Source: Bugula neritina
Taxonomy: Eukaryota > Animalia > Bryozoa
DNA: 64,000 nt
Direction: 5' to 3'
Assembly: GCA_964035545.1 (NCBI GenBank)
Contig: OZ037765.1
Coordinates: 20,274,995-20,338,994 of the forward strand
The translations under genes and the position numbers were made by a program. This document shows positions 10,823 through 24,900 of this stretch, piece after piece (within the stretch, counting starts at the first letter, position 1; each line of letters starts with the position of its first letter). Under the pieces are notes generated by a model that worked only from the letters and a program-made list of their open reading frames with translations, did no database searches and was not told the origin of the DNA.

Positions 10823-11365
10823 TTCTTGTTCGGATTTTTTTTGCTTTGAAAAACTTGATGGATTTTACAAGAAAAACAAGTGTGCTTATTACATCATTTT
10901 TTTATACACCATGTGTGAAATACATAAATAATCTAAAACATATTCTAGATTGTATTATTTGTCCGCTCTCTAACATTAAAATTTTCAAGACCAGCATTTT
11001 TTAACAGTTTGAAACTGTCTTGGATAAATTTGTTTTGATTGTAATTCCCCCTTCAAAGACTATGACTTAGTATTAAGCAACTAATCATAACATCAGTGCA
11101 TGTTCCTAATGTAAGCAGACACCATGGTTGATCCACTGTTAACATTGCTTTATTGAATATTAGTATAAAAAACAACCAGTTTCAGTTCTACTGCAATATA
11201 AATACCAGAAAGTTTATTTTAGCAAATCTTATCACATACAAATAAGATTTCAGCATCAATTTGATTATTTTAAGAAGCCAGAAATCATATAGGTGCATGA
11301 AAATGGATGCACAAATCATTGAATATAAACTGAGAAATCTTCCAAATGAAAGACAATGACAGCAA

Positions 11366-14300
11366 CTAGAGGCCATGGGATGCAGAGTCTGAAGAATGCT
11401 GAATTTCTGGTTCAATAACCTGAAAAGCACACAGTAATTATGTTCTATGCAAACTTGAACCATTTTACACTTCAAACAATTGAAGCTTAATGAAGTTGAA
11501 TGTCAGAGAAAGGTAGCATAGTTCAGATACACTAATCTATTTAGCTACTGCCTTACATCCTGGTAGAACACAGATTTCAGAAATCTTACCTGAAGTTGAC
11601 TAGAATGGTCTTCATACTCAATGACATCACTGGTAACTGGAGGTGGATCGTCAACAGATGGAGCTACGGAAACTGATATGACTCGGTTAGGACCTTGAAA
11701 CTGCTGAAGCAGTTCAGCCGACACCTGATTTTCGTCAAGAATTTGAATCTGGTGAGACTGTTGAAGCTTTAGTAGCTGCTCCTCTGTTGCATGAATAATC
11801 TGTAACTCTGAATTGTCACCAATAGTCAATGCCTAAAATATGAGAATAGATACACTCAAAACAAGCTATTGACTATAAAGATTATTATGTCACTTTTATT
11901 GTGCACCAAACATACAGCTTGATAATTGTTCAATCAACAGCCAGATATTACAGAAATGAATGCAAATACTTTCAACATAAAATACAAATGTATGAATACT
12001 AGAGTCAGCAATACCTCCTGTATACCATGCACAGGCAGCACATTCTCATCGTGAAGAGCTGTTGTAGTGTACGTAACAAACTCCTCATCCTTTCCCGAGT
12101 CTTTGAAATTCTTCACTATCATTGGCTGGCCTCTCATCTTTCGCCGATGCGCTGTCCGACACTTACTGTCAATATTTAGCCGAATTCGGTGCCAATCTTG
12201 CTCTCGTATATTGAATTTATGAATTAAATGACCTAAAAATAAAACAGGGTCAAGTGAATGATTACCAGGCGACAGCTGAGTAGAGAAATAAATACTTTTA
12301 CCCCCCCCCCGTCTATGATTCAGAGGACAACACTGCAATCTAATAGCAATACACAACCTACACTACATACAAATTTGTTAAACATAAGGGACACAAGTAA
12401 ACTGACATTTTAGTAAAACTATGTCTACATCTACATTACAGTAAACAAAACCTGCATAAATGCAGTGAGCAACACTCACATCTGATACCATATATTTTGA
12501 GTGGATCAAGCTGTTTTTTGCCATGTTTGCCTGTGCCCGAGAGATTTGAAGTAGCCTGAATTTCCCTATCAAACAGATAGTCCAGCAACGTAAGAGCCAT
12601 CTTTTCGGGAGTCCGACAGTTTGAATGAATGTGGAGGAGATCACTGGGTGTTATCGGAACTCGAACTCTCAGTTCCGGGTTAGTCTCGTCACCCAGCCAA
12701 ACACCGTTAGGGTAATCATCTAAAACATATCAAACCGGTGTAAATGGTTTGGAGAAAGTCAGGCAACTGCACAAATATCAGAGGAGGAAACATATGCTTA
12801 CCTTCATTGTTGAGAGTTATGAGAGTGACATTTCCTCCCGGGGTTGTGAAGGCATTCTTGACTTGAGCACCATTACTCTGAGGTAGACCAACCACCACTG
12901 CAGAGCCCCGGCCTCTGTTTCCACTGCTAAAGACAAGTGTACAGTAAAGTTTATATAACATGCTTATCACAGGTCATTATAACCTTAGCACAAATTACTT
13001 TCAATAGAAAAAGTTACTACATTTCATGACTAGTCGGCTGTAATACAGCATTGATGCTTTTTGAAAGAGCAAGTATTACAAAAACACCCTTTATTAAAGA
13101 TGTGCAAGAATAACTTGTATTACAGCTAAATCCCAACATGTTTATTGAAATAATATTAAATACAATAATAAATATGAGCATACAATAACACCCTACGATT
13201 TATCTTCCTTGGCCTGCAGCTCAAATCTCTTATTTTGGTTGTGTAGCATATTCAAGAGCATCTCATACTTGTGTTCCAAATCTTCCAGTCTTAATGTGAG
13301 CGCTCTGTTCACATTATACAATGTTTGCTAAAACACAAGTCAAATACATACACACTTTTTGGGCTGACATTACTGACTAACATGTTTAGATAATGCATTC
13401 AAATGGAAGACATCTAGGCGAAGCGAGGAGTACCTTTACATTTTCATCACCCCAGTCAATAGTGATGGTTTCTGTGAATGCATCTTCTTCAGATTTTACT
13501 CTTTTGGGCGAAGGCTCAATAGCATCATGTGCAGCTGAGTCTAGCTCAGCTTGGACAATGCCTGAAAGATACTTACACTGAATAGAACTAAGATTTACAC
13601 TAACAAATCAATCCTGACTGAGTACTAACAAAGTGCTGGTCAGATGGCCCCTGGGCAATATGAGTTGTCTTCCCTTTCCAACAACTAATCAGTATGACGG
13701 AGTAACGAAGACAACGTGTCTCACCCAGCCATATAAACTTGCCGCTCATCATGCCAACACTTATATATTACAGCTGTGTTTAAGGGTTGCAAGTTACAGA
13801 AAGCAAACTTATTTTTGATAAAGGTTGCATTTACCAGAATTGTCAAAGTTTCTGAAAATAACATTATAAGAAAAAAATAAGAGAAACTTGCTGGAGCTAA
13901 TGATATATTCACTATCTGTTCAGTTTATTTTTATAGGTCAATGTGTTCACTACAACTTGAGTACCGATGCAAAATAAATTTTTGAATATTGTGATAATTG
14001 CTTGATTGCCAACATGCAGTAATGATATTGACTAATACGAATGCTTTTCAAAACAAGCATCACTGTGAATGGTAATTGAAGTAGTTAATTAGCAAGTTAA
14101 TTACAATCACATAAAAATATATTTATCTCAAGTCAATAACCATAAATCTTACACTTTTTTGGTATTTCATGAAAAGTTAATTACTATCACCTTACAGTTA
14201 CATCAGTGTTCCACAAACAACACCAAGACATATATGCGCAAAAGCATAAATTCAAATAATAGACTTGATAAAACTGTTTCTTGCTAGTAACATGTTTAAA

Positions 14301-14667
14301 ACATGTTCATGCCTCAAATTGAAACCTTTCACCAATTTAACCCTTCTAACTAGTGATGTCATTACAACTTTAAAGACAACATGAACATATATAACATGTT
14401 TGAGACAAATGCTTCAAACAATTTTGGTGAAAAAAATCGGTAATATTTTTTCTGATAGCATAAATAGAATGAAGGAGCAATAAAATACTTCTATCTTGTT
14501 GAAAATGATAACAATTTGCTTTTCAAAATAGAACGAGACACTTGCATAATAATATCACCTGCTGCCACATGTTCTTCTACAGGATTTTGGTGCAAAGGGT
14601 CATGCACATCAACGAATAAAGAGGAGACGCAGCCTGAAGATGGAGGCTCCAAATGTGAATCTGCCAT
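11366..14667 (-). CDS. BANP: BEN-domain transcription factor BANP/SMAR1; exons ~14559-14667, 13434-13561, 13197-13327, 12802-12926, 12480-12719, 12015-12232, 11590-11832, 11366-11419
   Basis: VTLITLNNEDDYPNGVWLGDETNPELRVR...CRTPEKMALTLLDYLFDREIQATSNLSGTGKHGKKQLDPLKIYGIRCHL...DWHRIRLNIDSKCRTA matches the BANP BEN domain. Confidence 0.93.
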
Positions 14668-15599
14668 ACTGTTGTGGTTATTTGAAACACTTCATCAAAT
14701 TTATACCTATGGATGGAAATGAGATAATAAGTTAATTACAGTCTGGTGGTTCATATCTGATATAATATGATATAATCAAGTGATATTCATTATTCATCAA
14801 GCCTTTCTTACTCAAAGCCAAGCCTAATATAACAGACTCAGAGTAACATTGGAGTAACTGTAAGACTAAGTGCAACACTAACATTACTCACTACGAGTAT
14901 GACAATCACTCGTCTCATGAGTTACAAGACTCACAGTCACACTTTGACTTACTCTCAGTCTTAGTGTCATGTAACTGTTGTCTGTCACCGTTACACACGG
15001 ACACTCACAGATCCGGTACAATTATCACTATCATTATGATTATAAGCATGAGTACGCCACTATTACTATTAGTATTTAATTTTTTTAGTTAAAGCTTGAA
15101 GTTAAAGGATAGTTCAAATTCAATGTGGCGAAGCTGCAATCTCTTTCACTTTGTATTAAATTGATATTTAACTGATTTACTTTTAGTTTTACAATATGAA
15201 TATTACGTATCGGTATTGATAATACTTATACAGATACTAATTTATTCACGAATTATGTTCAAACTAACAAAAAATTAAAGTACCAACTTCGAGCAGCAAA
15301 CGGTTCCACGGCGATAGAACCTCAGGCTGAGGCAGACCCCGGTCAGGCCCATTTTGAACTAGAACTAGAAGTTCAAGTTGAAGATCAACTTCAAGCAGTT
15401 CAACCTTTAAATGTTCATATTTCTAATTCTACTAATACTATTCAGTTTCATGATTTATGTAATAAAAATAACGAAATATTCGGAGTAAAAATTTTCTAGT
15501 TGTTTCAAAACCAGGCATACTCCACAAATACTAGGTAAGTGTTTGTCAAGTGATCAACGTGCTTGCATTTTCCCTTATTTTACATCCCTATCATTCTGG

Positions 15600-15840
15600 C
15601 TTTACGACATACTATATACGAGATATTCAGAGAATTACCGTTTTTCTCAAATCTTCTCGGCTGTGGCGGTAATGGCGCTTAAAACGAGAAAATGGCGTAT
15701 TCTCGTTATATTGAGAACTCTCGTCTTCTTGCTATTCTGTCCAATAGTCGGTTGTGAATGTTAACAAGCTGTTTTTATTGGTACATTTTTCTCGCGTAGT
15801 AACGCGTTGCAGGTCTCCTTGTCGACCGCCGCAACAAAGC
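15600..15840. promoter_or_regulatory. Divergent BANP / dynein promoter region with X-box-like site, CCAAT boxes and TCTCG motifs
   Basis: CpG-richer patch between head-to-head genes. GTCTCCTTGTCGAC (15813-15826) resembles an RFX X-box; CCAAT at 15741, ATTGG at 15777, TCTCGCG at 15790. Confidence 0.45.
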
Positions 15841-15961
15841 ATTTGTTGAGTCACTTCATTTTACGTGCAAATTACATACACTGAGGTGTCACTAAAACTC
15901 ACAAATATTACGCTTATTTTGAAACAATATTGATAATTAGTTGTGCTGAGTCGGGATCAGC

Positions 15962-18900
15962 ATGGCTAGTGCTGCTGAGCTTGAGCTCGGCGATGCCCGA
16001 GTGGAGTTTATTGCAGATTATGTCCTAAAAACTCTGAGAATCAAGGGTGATAAGTTTTCAAAATTGTATAACGTTGAAGAAAACAAGATGATGTTCATGG
16101 ATTTTTTTGAAAAATCTGATAACATGGTAATGGTTATTCAAGCAGCAGGTGGTGGTGCATTGTCTATAGCTTATGATTGGCCTACAAATTTGCGAAACAA
16201 AGCTTGCTACTTCGTCAGAAAAGGAAAAGATTTGATAACCAAAGATGCGAATCTTAGAAATGTGCTGTACTACGGTGACTTATCTTATGCTCCTTTAGAA
16301 CAACTGTCTGCATTTGTTGATGAGGTACAATTTTCATCATTGTTATATTAAATAGATTGCATTATTCAAATGAAGTCAAATATTGATATTACAGTTGTAG
16401 TTTAAAATTTCCTTTTTTTCAACGAAAACTTTTATATTGTTTTAGATTTGAAAATCTTTGAATTATCAAATTCTGCAATGATACTTTTAATCATTTAAAA
16501 ATCATTTTATATGTTGAATTAGGCTCATACTTTAATTACATTCTTTATACCCTAACTATAAAGTTACACAAAAATTTTCACAATTTATTTTTGTCAATGC
16601 AATAAGACTATTATCATGTTATTCATGCTGATTCTATAAAAGTTAAACTCTCAGTTGCTATGACTGCTGCCTTGCAAGAGTTATGCTTTGAGTTTTGATG
16701 AAGTGATACTAATTAAATTTAAAGCTTTAAATTTTACAACTTGCAGGTTTTGGTGCCATTGTTGACTAATGAGAAGAACCATGAACAGTGGCCAGCTGTC
16801 GTCTCTCAGGATGTTAGAAGACATGTGCACACTCTAAAGAGTAATGTATACGTCGTATCAGGACAGGTCAATGGAAAAACACTGCTGCCACTTCCTGTTG
16901 GTACAGAAAGGGTTACTGAGTCAGAAAGGTAAATTAGATTTCTAAGATAAAAATGTTCTTTTCTTTCTTTTTTTATGTTTTAGTGCTATTTATTAAAGGC
17001 AGTAGATTATATAGTAGTCTTAACTTTTAGATGGTGTAAACATACTAGACAAAGCAAGAATTCATCATTGAATATTGTTAGTTTAATTGCTACAGCACTA
17101 TGCAAGACAGCCAGTACTAATTTGTTTCAGTAAATTTACAGAATTAAATTCTAATGATTTACCAATGAAGTATATTAAAATAGTGATATAGCATGTAACC
17201 TGCCAACCATATAACAATTTAGGTCCAATTAAAACATAGCTTATGATTTTATTGCTCGCTTCTTAAAATCAGTTACTTTTATAAGTGTGTTTGCGCCTTA
17301 TGGCTTATATTAATAAATTAAATAATAGAAGTACACAGAGAAAGAGTAAGTTAGGTGATGTAGTAATAAAGTTTTCATTGATAGAAATATTGATGGACGT
17401 AAAGTTACTTTAAGATAAAAAAATGTACTTAAAAGCATTTTAGTTACCTTTTTGTCTCCGTTGTCATATATCACTTTGATTTACACAAGGCTTTGATTGT
17501 CTTTTAAGTCTGAATAACTTGTTAAAATATTTATGCAACATTTTTTAAAACTGTTGAATTGATTTTAAAAGCTTAGTATAAATTTTATGGAAGCTAAACA
17601 GCAAAGCTAAAATTATTTAAGCTTAAAAGCTTTACACAACATGAAGGCTGTGAATTTTTGGTGTTGTGAGATCTGGTATATTCAGTGCATTTTGATGCAT
17701 TTGTTACATTATTAAGGATTACTTAGGTTTGGCCATTTTTTGTGTTCTGTGCATTCATACATTGTACTATATAGAATTTTCTTTTTTGTCTGCATGTTCT
17801 AACTTTAGCTATTTAATTCTCATCAAAGAACTAGGTAATCAAGTAATGAAAAAAATGTTATTCTTTAAACTTTATAAAATGATATGCTATAAGCCACAAG
17901 AATTAGGACAGACGTTGCTAAATTTTTTTAAATATTACAGAAACTCTCATGAGCTATGAATACTGCGCTATGTTAAATTAATCTTTTTGTGTTGCTGATT
18001 GGAGAAAGATGGCGGATTACTTCTAAAATACTGTGATTAAATACAATGCTATACAGACTAAGCCAATTCAGCTTTGCTATTTAAGTTTCAATGCTCTCTA
18101 AATATTGTGAACAAGTATTAGTGTACATAACAGAAAACAAACTTGGTTCACTTAGCAACCTCTAACTTCTTTTGTGTATTCAGTATTTGTTTTAAATGCA
18201 GAACTTGTTTAGCTGTTATCAAACAAATAAGGAATTACTATTTAGTCTGACTGCGCAACAAATTGTAGCCTAATTTGATAAATTTCTAATCAGGGTTATT
18301 AACTTCTGGAATCAATGTAATTTTAACGTAGTTTACAAAATCAAGGAAAGTTTTTGAACATTTTGTAGGAGTTTTGATGTTGAGTGCATGTTTTCAATGC
18401 TGACCAAGTTTCTAAACTCACAAAATTATTTTAACCGTTTAGAATTTGTTGCTTTAGTGGTGGGTATGATCGGCAACTCATTCATGCCATTGAGTCTGTC
18501 ATCATTGACTGGTCGCATCAAATTAGAGATGTCCTCAAGCGGGACTCTGCTCAGCCCCTTCTTGAGGGACTCAATCCCACTCCTCGTGTAGAAGTAGAGT
18601 TCTGGAAGGCCAAGTCTGAGAACTTAGAATGTATCTATGACCAACTTAGAAACACCAAGGTATTTAATATGCGTGTAACAGGAGAGTAACTGTTTACTTT
18701 ATTGTGTCATTGCTTTCATTGCATGTATGTCTAGACATGTGTAATGATACAAAAAGTAGCTAATGTCTCATACATGTTGCTATAGGTTCGCAAGATGGCT
18801 GAGTTACTGGAGAAAACAAACAGCTCTTACTATCCATCTTTCAAGTCACTGTTTCAAGATGTTGTTCAAGCGCTCACAGAAGCTCAAGATATAAACTTGT

Positions 18901-21900
18901 ACTTGAAACCTCTTATGACTCATTTTGAAGACTTGGAACAGGTTTGGTTCTGTCTAAAGTGTAATTTATAAACTTTCTCCAATCTATTGGCAATAGTATC
19001 CTAATCTTTTCAATGTCCAGTTAAATGGCTAAAAAAATTTAAATATCACTGTATATTAGTAATAATTGAACTGAGATTTCTTTTTTATTATAGCAGAATT
19101 TAGTTTATCAAAGCTGTGATCAATCACTGTGTGTGAATGAGATTGTATATGTTTGTATAAGCACCAAGCCAACAATTTTTAAATCAACTTTTTTTCAAAA
19201 CATCTAGTCCTGTTTTATTTTTATTGCACTTGGTATCAGCTAACAATCAAATAGACACAAAGTATTACCTGATTGTTAACACATGTAACTACTGATGATT
19301 CTAGGCGGAGTTTGATGAGTGTATTCCGCAGATAGCCCCCATGCTTCATTGCATCTGCTTGACATGGGTGCATAGCAAGTTCTACAGCTCCCCTGCTAGA
19401 ATCATAGTTCTATTGCAAGAACTCTGCAATCTCTTCATTCAACAGGTACACAATTATGATGAAAGCACATCAAACTTCTGAAAACTCTGCACTTTTTAAC
19501 AACATTGAAGGATTGTTTAAATTTAAAGATGTTGAATGTTTTTTTTAAAGTTAGTTCATATAATTATTTGTAGTAATATTACTACAAAATAAAGTCATGC
19601 ATGCTCTTATTAAGAAGATCTTTCAGCATAGCTTGAACTCGATATTTATTGGTTAAATAGCATAGCTTCTATAATAAACACTCATATATTTTCAAGCAAT
19701 ATAAAAAAAAATTAGTTCATTAAATTAAATTTCTCAAACACTTTTTTGGTAAAAATTTTGATTGAATATTGCGCTTACAGATTCATTGTTTAACTTTTTT
19801 GTGAACTAAATTACTTCAACTGACATTTATACATTGAAATGGTTCGATTTGACAAACCATTATACCTATATTGCAATGTATACAATGTTATTTTGTGCTA
19901 GGCTTATGCTTTCCTTGGAACAACCAGTGAGCTTTTCCAAGGGGAATTAGAAGAAGTTGTCCTGAAAGTCTCTAACTGCTTGAAGACACTTCACGCCTTC
20001 CGCAGTAGCTACGAAGAGCACAAGGCTAAACTAAAATCTTACTACAAAGAGGGAGAAAAGGTTAACGAGTGGGAATTTGCAGCTCCACTGGTTTTTGCTC
20101 GATTTGATAAGTTTGTGGAACGAGTTCAGACTCTCAAGGTACACAGCCTATTCTCAATAGAAAGTCATATTTTCTGCTTTTCTATGTTTTGTATGCATCA
20201 TTCACAGTTATCAGAGTTAGAATTTTATATGTAATTTATTTCCTTTAATATCATACTTGTGTAAAACAGATTTTCACCAGGTCATAATGTGAATGTGAGT
20301 CTCTTTAGTAATGTAATTATCTTGAACTGTTGTGCACTTTCTGTATTTAGATTCTGTTTGACACTGCTAATGAGTTTATGAAACTTGAAAAGATCGAGTT
20401 TGGAGGAATCAAGGGCAAACAACTCTCTACTCAAGTTGAAGGAATGTTTGTAGAATTTCAAGGCTTGTACAAGGTAAAGTACTTATTGGCTAATTTCTAC
20501 CCTGTATTTACTTCTTTATTTCGAGGGAGCAGCCTAGGTTTGGGGGTTAGAGCGTTTGCTTTGTAAGCACGAAGTCATGGGTTCGAGCCCCGACAAAGAC
20601 CATTGGTGATGTTAGGAAAAGCACCTAGTCATAATTGCTTCTTTGCCTTGTCTGAATAAGTCCTTAGCCCGATTTAACAAAAAAGCCCTTTAGATTAGAG
20701 GTTTTCTCACAGGGATGGTGACTATAAACTTTTGTGAGTTTTATTTACTTTTTTATTTTGATTATTGAAATTGTGATGTATTTACCCAAATTTCTATCTT
20801 CAAGTCAAATAATATTGTGTGATAAATTAATTGGTTGCTCATGTTTAAATGATGAATGTAGTTTAAATATATGTTTTGAGCAGATGTTTCCCACAAGTGA
20901 AATGGTATTTTACTAAAGTACTTTAGATCACATCCCATCACCCATAGAGTGTTGATTGTAGTTTGCTAGTAAATATTCTTGTTATTCTGCTATCCTAGTA
21001 CCACACAACCTCTCAGTATCAAGATTACTTACCATGTAGTTGTTGACTTTCTTTTCCTGGTAGTCAGAAAGTTTCAACATTTTCTTCATAGCAGTTCTGA
21101 CTGGATCAAAGGAGATGACGATTTTCAATTGAAGTGTTAATAAATTATTCTGGTTGTTCTTTAAAATATAATAAATTTAATAATTTCAGATTTGAGAAAT
21201 TAAAATTATTTCTTTAAATAATTGTTGCAACTTTGGTAACCTTTTCTATAAATTTGAGTAGTTAGCCGATATCAGTATCTTTTAACAAAACTACATTTTT
21301 TATAACTAATTTTATACTATAAAAAGTTAAAAATGCTTCAGGTGTTTGGTGAGAAATCATATGATGCCTTGGATCTAAGTGAGAAGGATTTCCTAGAAGA
21401 TTATGAGAGGTTTACTGACCACATCAGTGATTTGGACAGACGTCTGGCTTCTATCATCTGCCAGGGGTTTGAGGACAGCTCTGGTCTAGAAAGTTCCTTC
21501 AGAGTCAGTATCCACTAACATCTACTGACATTTGCATTCGGCTTTGTTTATTTTGCTTTATTTTAACGTAACTCACAATTTTACAAAATTAAAAATAAAC
21601 GTTATCTATACTTAACTGTAGTTGGTTGACATCTTCGGGGGCCTGCTTGACCGCCCCATAATCAAGAGCATCTTTGATCCGTACTACCCGAGACTAGTAA
21701 CTGCTATGGACGAAGAGCTAGACAGTGCTAAAATGATCTATGATTGGCAAATGAATAAACTTGCAACCGATGGCGTACCTCCAGTCCATAAGAACTTCCC
21801 TAAGGTAGGCCGTTAGTATGATTGCCAAAGTGTCTGCATTGGTGTACTTGTGGAATGCTGTCTTACATGGAGTTTATTTATTTACAGATCTATGGTGGCT

Positions 21901-24900
21901 TGAGATGGGCACAAGAACTTAGACTAAGACTTGACACGCCAATATCCAACTTCAAACATCTGGAACACCCTTGCATGAACTCTATGGAGGCCAAGAAAAT
22001 GTTCACTAAATATGAGGAGATGCTAAGACTGATTGGAGAGTATGTTTATTGTAAAACAGTTTATGCACAATAGTTATTTAACATTAATTATTGTAGCTAT
22101 CAATGCTAATACCTTCATTTATAACATTGTCTCTTAACTTACAATATCTAGTTCATATTAGCAGGTGCTCAAGCTCTTATTCTTGTTTTTATTACAGGTA
22201 TGAAGCCTCCATCTTTGCTGAGTGGACTGCTGGTGTGTCAGAAGCCTGTTCCTTCAACTTACAGCAGCCACTTCTCACAAGAAATGAGGAGACAAATCTC
22301 ATTGCTGTCAACTTTGACCCTCAAGTAAATTAAACAGCGATCATGTATTACAGCATTTTTATTTTTCAATAGATATGAAAAAAGAAGAATTTCCTAATAG
22401 TCCACATATATTGATTAGGTAGTCAAAAATTGTACGTAATATATAAACAGATAAAAAAGTGCCTATTAATATGTTTATATAATTTTAGTCATTTAAAGTT
22501 GTGTTGACTTAAAGTAACCATCAATCTTGTCTATTTTTAGTTGATAGCTGTGCTACGTGAGGTCCACTACCTGGAGAAGCGAGATATGGAGGAAATCCCA
22601 AGTGATGCAGCTGCTCTCTTTTCTAAAAACGAGACATTCAGACGGTTCAGAGCTAACTTAGACCTCACTGTCGCCTGGTACAACAAAGTGAGGCAAACTG
22701 TGTTAGAGGTCGAGTTTCCTCTGGTGGAACAGCAACTGGCCGATATTGATAAACAGCTAATGCAAGCCGAGCAAGCTCTAAACTGGACTAATGATGGTAA
22801 GTGGTTCATGTAAACACTTAAATGTTTTTTTGCTATTAACTACTGTAAAGCCATGTAGTTTTAAGATGCAGAAAGATGCTACTTTAAGCAATCCTACATC
22901 CAATAAGCTTCAAAACATTGAAATAAGATTTTTTTAGCATTATTTTTATTCGTATCATTTTACCATATTAATTTATTTCATGAAATAAAATTAAGTAAAC
23001 CAATGTGATAAAGTAATATGAATGCAGATATTGCTGAGAAATTCTTATTTTGATATTCTGAAATCAATGTGCACATAATAATTTCTTGTTTTTTTCTTAT
23101 TGATGGAAAGTAACTGCATGCAATTTAAAAAAATTTTCACATTGAAGATGCTTGGGGCTACATTGAGGAAACCCGTGAGATGGTGCATGATCTTGAGCAG
23201 AGAGTTCAGAAGGCTAAGGATAATGTAGACACAATTACCAAACTCATGCAAACGTGGAACAAACTGCCATTATTTGAGAGGAAGAAGGAGTCAAAGACAG
23301 ACCACATGCTCAGCTTAGATGATCGTAATGACCGAATCAACAAGAGATACAATGAAATCAAGGATGTGGGTGACAAGATCCACGGCCTTGTCAAGGTGCA
23401 GTAAATATTGTTTTGCTTGCTCTGATTAGTCTAATAGCTTCCATCACCAATCTTCTCTTTGCAAGATGTGATTCACTTTGACAGTTGAAAATTGTTGAAG
23501 AGATCTAAAAGTTGTATTTTTAACATATGTAATTTCGAGACACACAGTTTTAATCTTAAGTTAAAGATAGTGTGTTTAATCTTTTTCATGATGCCCAACT
23601 TCATCTGTGTAATATGCTTTTAGGAAAATCTTGGGCTCTTTAAAGCAGACGAGAGCTCTGATTTCTGGAAGGCTTATGTGGATTATGTAGATGAAATAAC
23701 TGTTGATGGATTCTTCAATATTATCCACTGCAGCTTGCAGTACATGCTGGAAAATACAGACGTCTCTCGTTCTAACCAGGATGTGCTGTTTGAGGCTAAG
23801 CTTGAGTTACAGGTGAGAGTTCAGTTTCAATCAAGTGCAACATCGTGCTGCAACTCGTATGACATTCTTGAGATTATGTTTATTTGTTGAGTATTTTATT
23901 TCTTACCTTGATTAGTTTACATATTACCAAAAGATTAATCAGACAGGAGTTTTGTAATATATGAACAAAACGAATGTTGGATATTACTTTATGTAGATCC
24001 CAGATATGATCTTCCATCCATCATTGGACTACGGAATAGCTGATGGGTACTACGACCTGGTTGATGGTTTAGTTGGAGACGTGTACAAACAGGCCTCGCT
24101 AATACCCCGCCTTGCTACTCATACTGGTGTCTCTCACTACCAGGAAGATCTGGAGGAAATGGATGAGCTGAGCGAGATGAGGACTGAACTGATGGAGAGA
24201 GTTACTGGTGGGTAGAGTGACGCAACCAATCAGAAGTTTGCCTCTGAAATCTTCAACGTGTTCCAAACATAAACGGAGACACGAAACTGAGCACATATTT
24301 GAGATCAAAGCTACTTTATTTAATTATTCTAAGCATTTTTGTGAGTTAGGTCCACTTGACAACTTGCAATAGTATTTGGTTTTAACATGCCAATGATGTA
24401 TATGTTGTAGGTATAATGAACAAGGCTTGCGAATACAGAAATTCGTTTGACTCGTATGCCTATCTGTGGGTGGATGACAGAAATGAGTTTATGAGGCAGT
24501 TCCTGCTCTATAACCATGTGCTCACTGCTGAAGAGATTGAGGCTCATGCTGAGGAGGGAGTGCCAGAGTGCCCACCCACATTGACTCAGTTCAAAGAACA
24601 GGTTGGCAGTCTATCATATTAACTTTAGATGCTGTGATGTTTTAAAGGATTCGTGTGTAGTTGTATCTCAGGTGGAATATATGAACTATATACTAAGATC
24701 TGAAGAAATTGAACAGTTGTATTTGCAGAAGACGTCAGCCATTTTATTTATTGTCAGATATGACTGCATATTTGATAGTTGCAATCGAAGGTAGCTGAAC
24801 TTGTTGGCAGCTTAAAATTAAAAACGATTGGCCGCAAAACTACATTTTTAGAAATAAGATTGTTTTCTGTCTTATTTGCTTTGTAAAAAGTGAAGTATAG

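Noticed and set aside
17329-17345. Candidate microexon (tag|AAGTACACAGAGAAAGA|gtaagt) in dynein intron 2
   Set aside because: 17 nt would shift the frame, there is no pyrimidine tract, and the flanking exons join in frame without it.
20525-20600. Possible tRNA gene
   Set aside because: B box present, but no acceptor stem or intact D arm; fits a SINE head.
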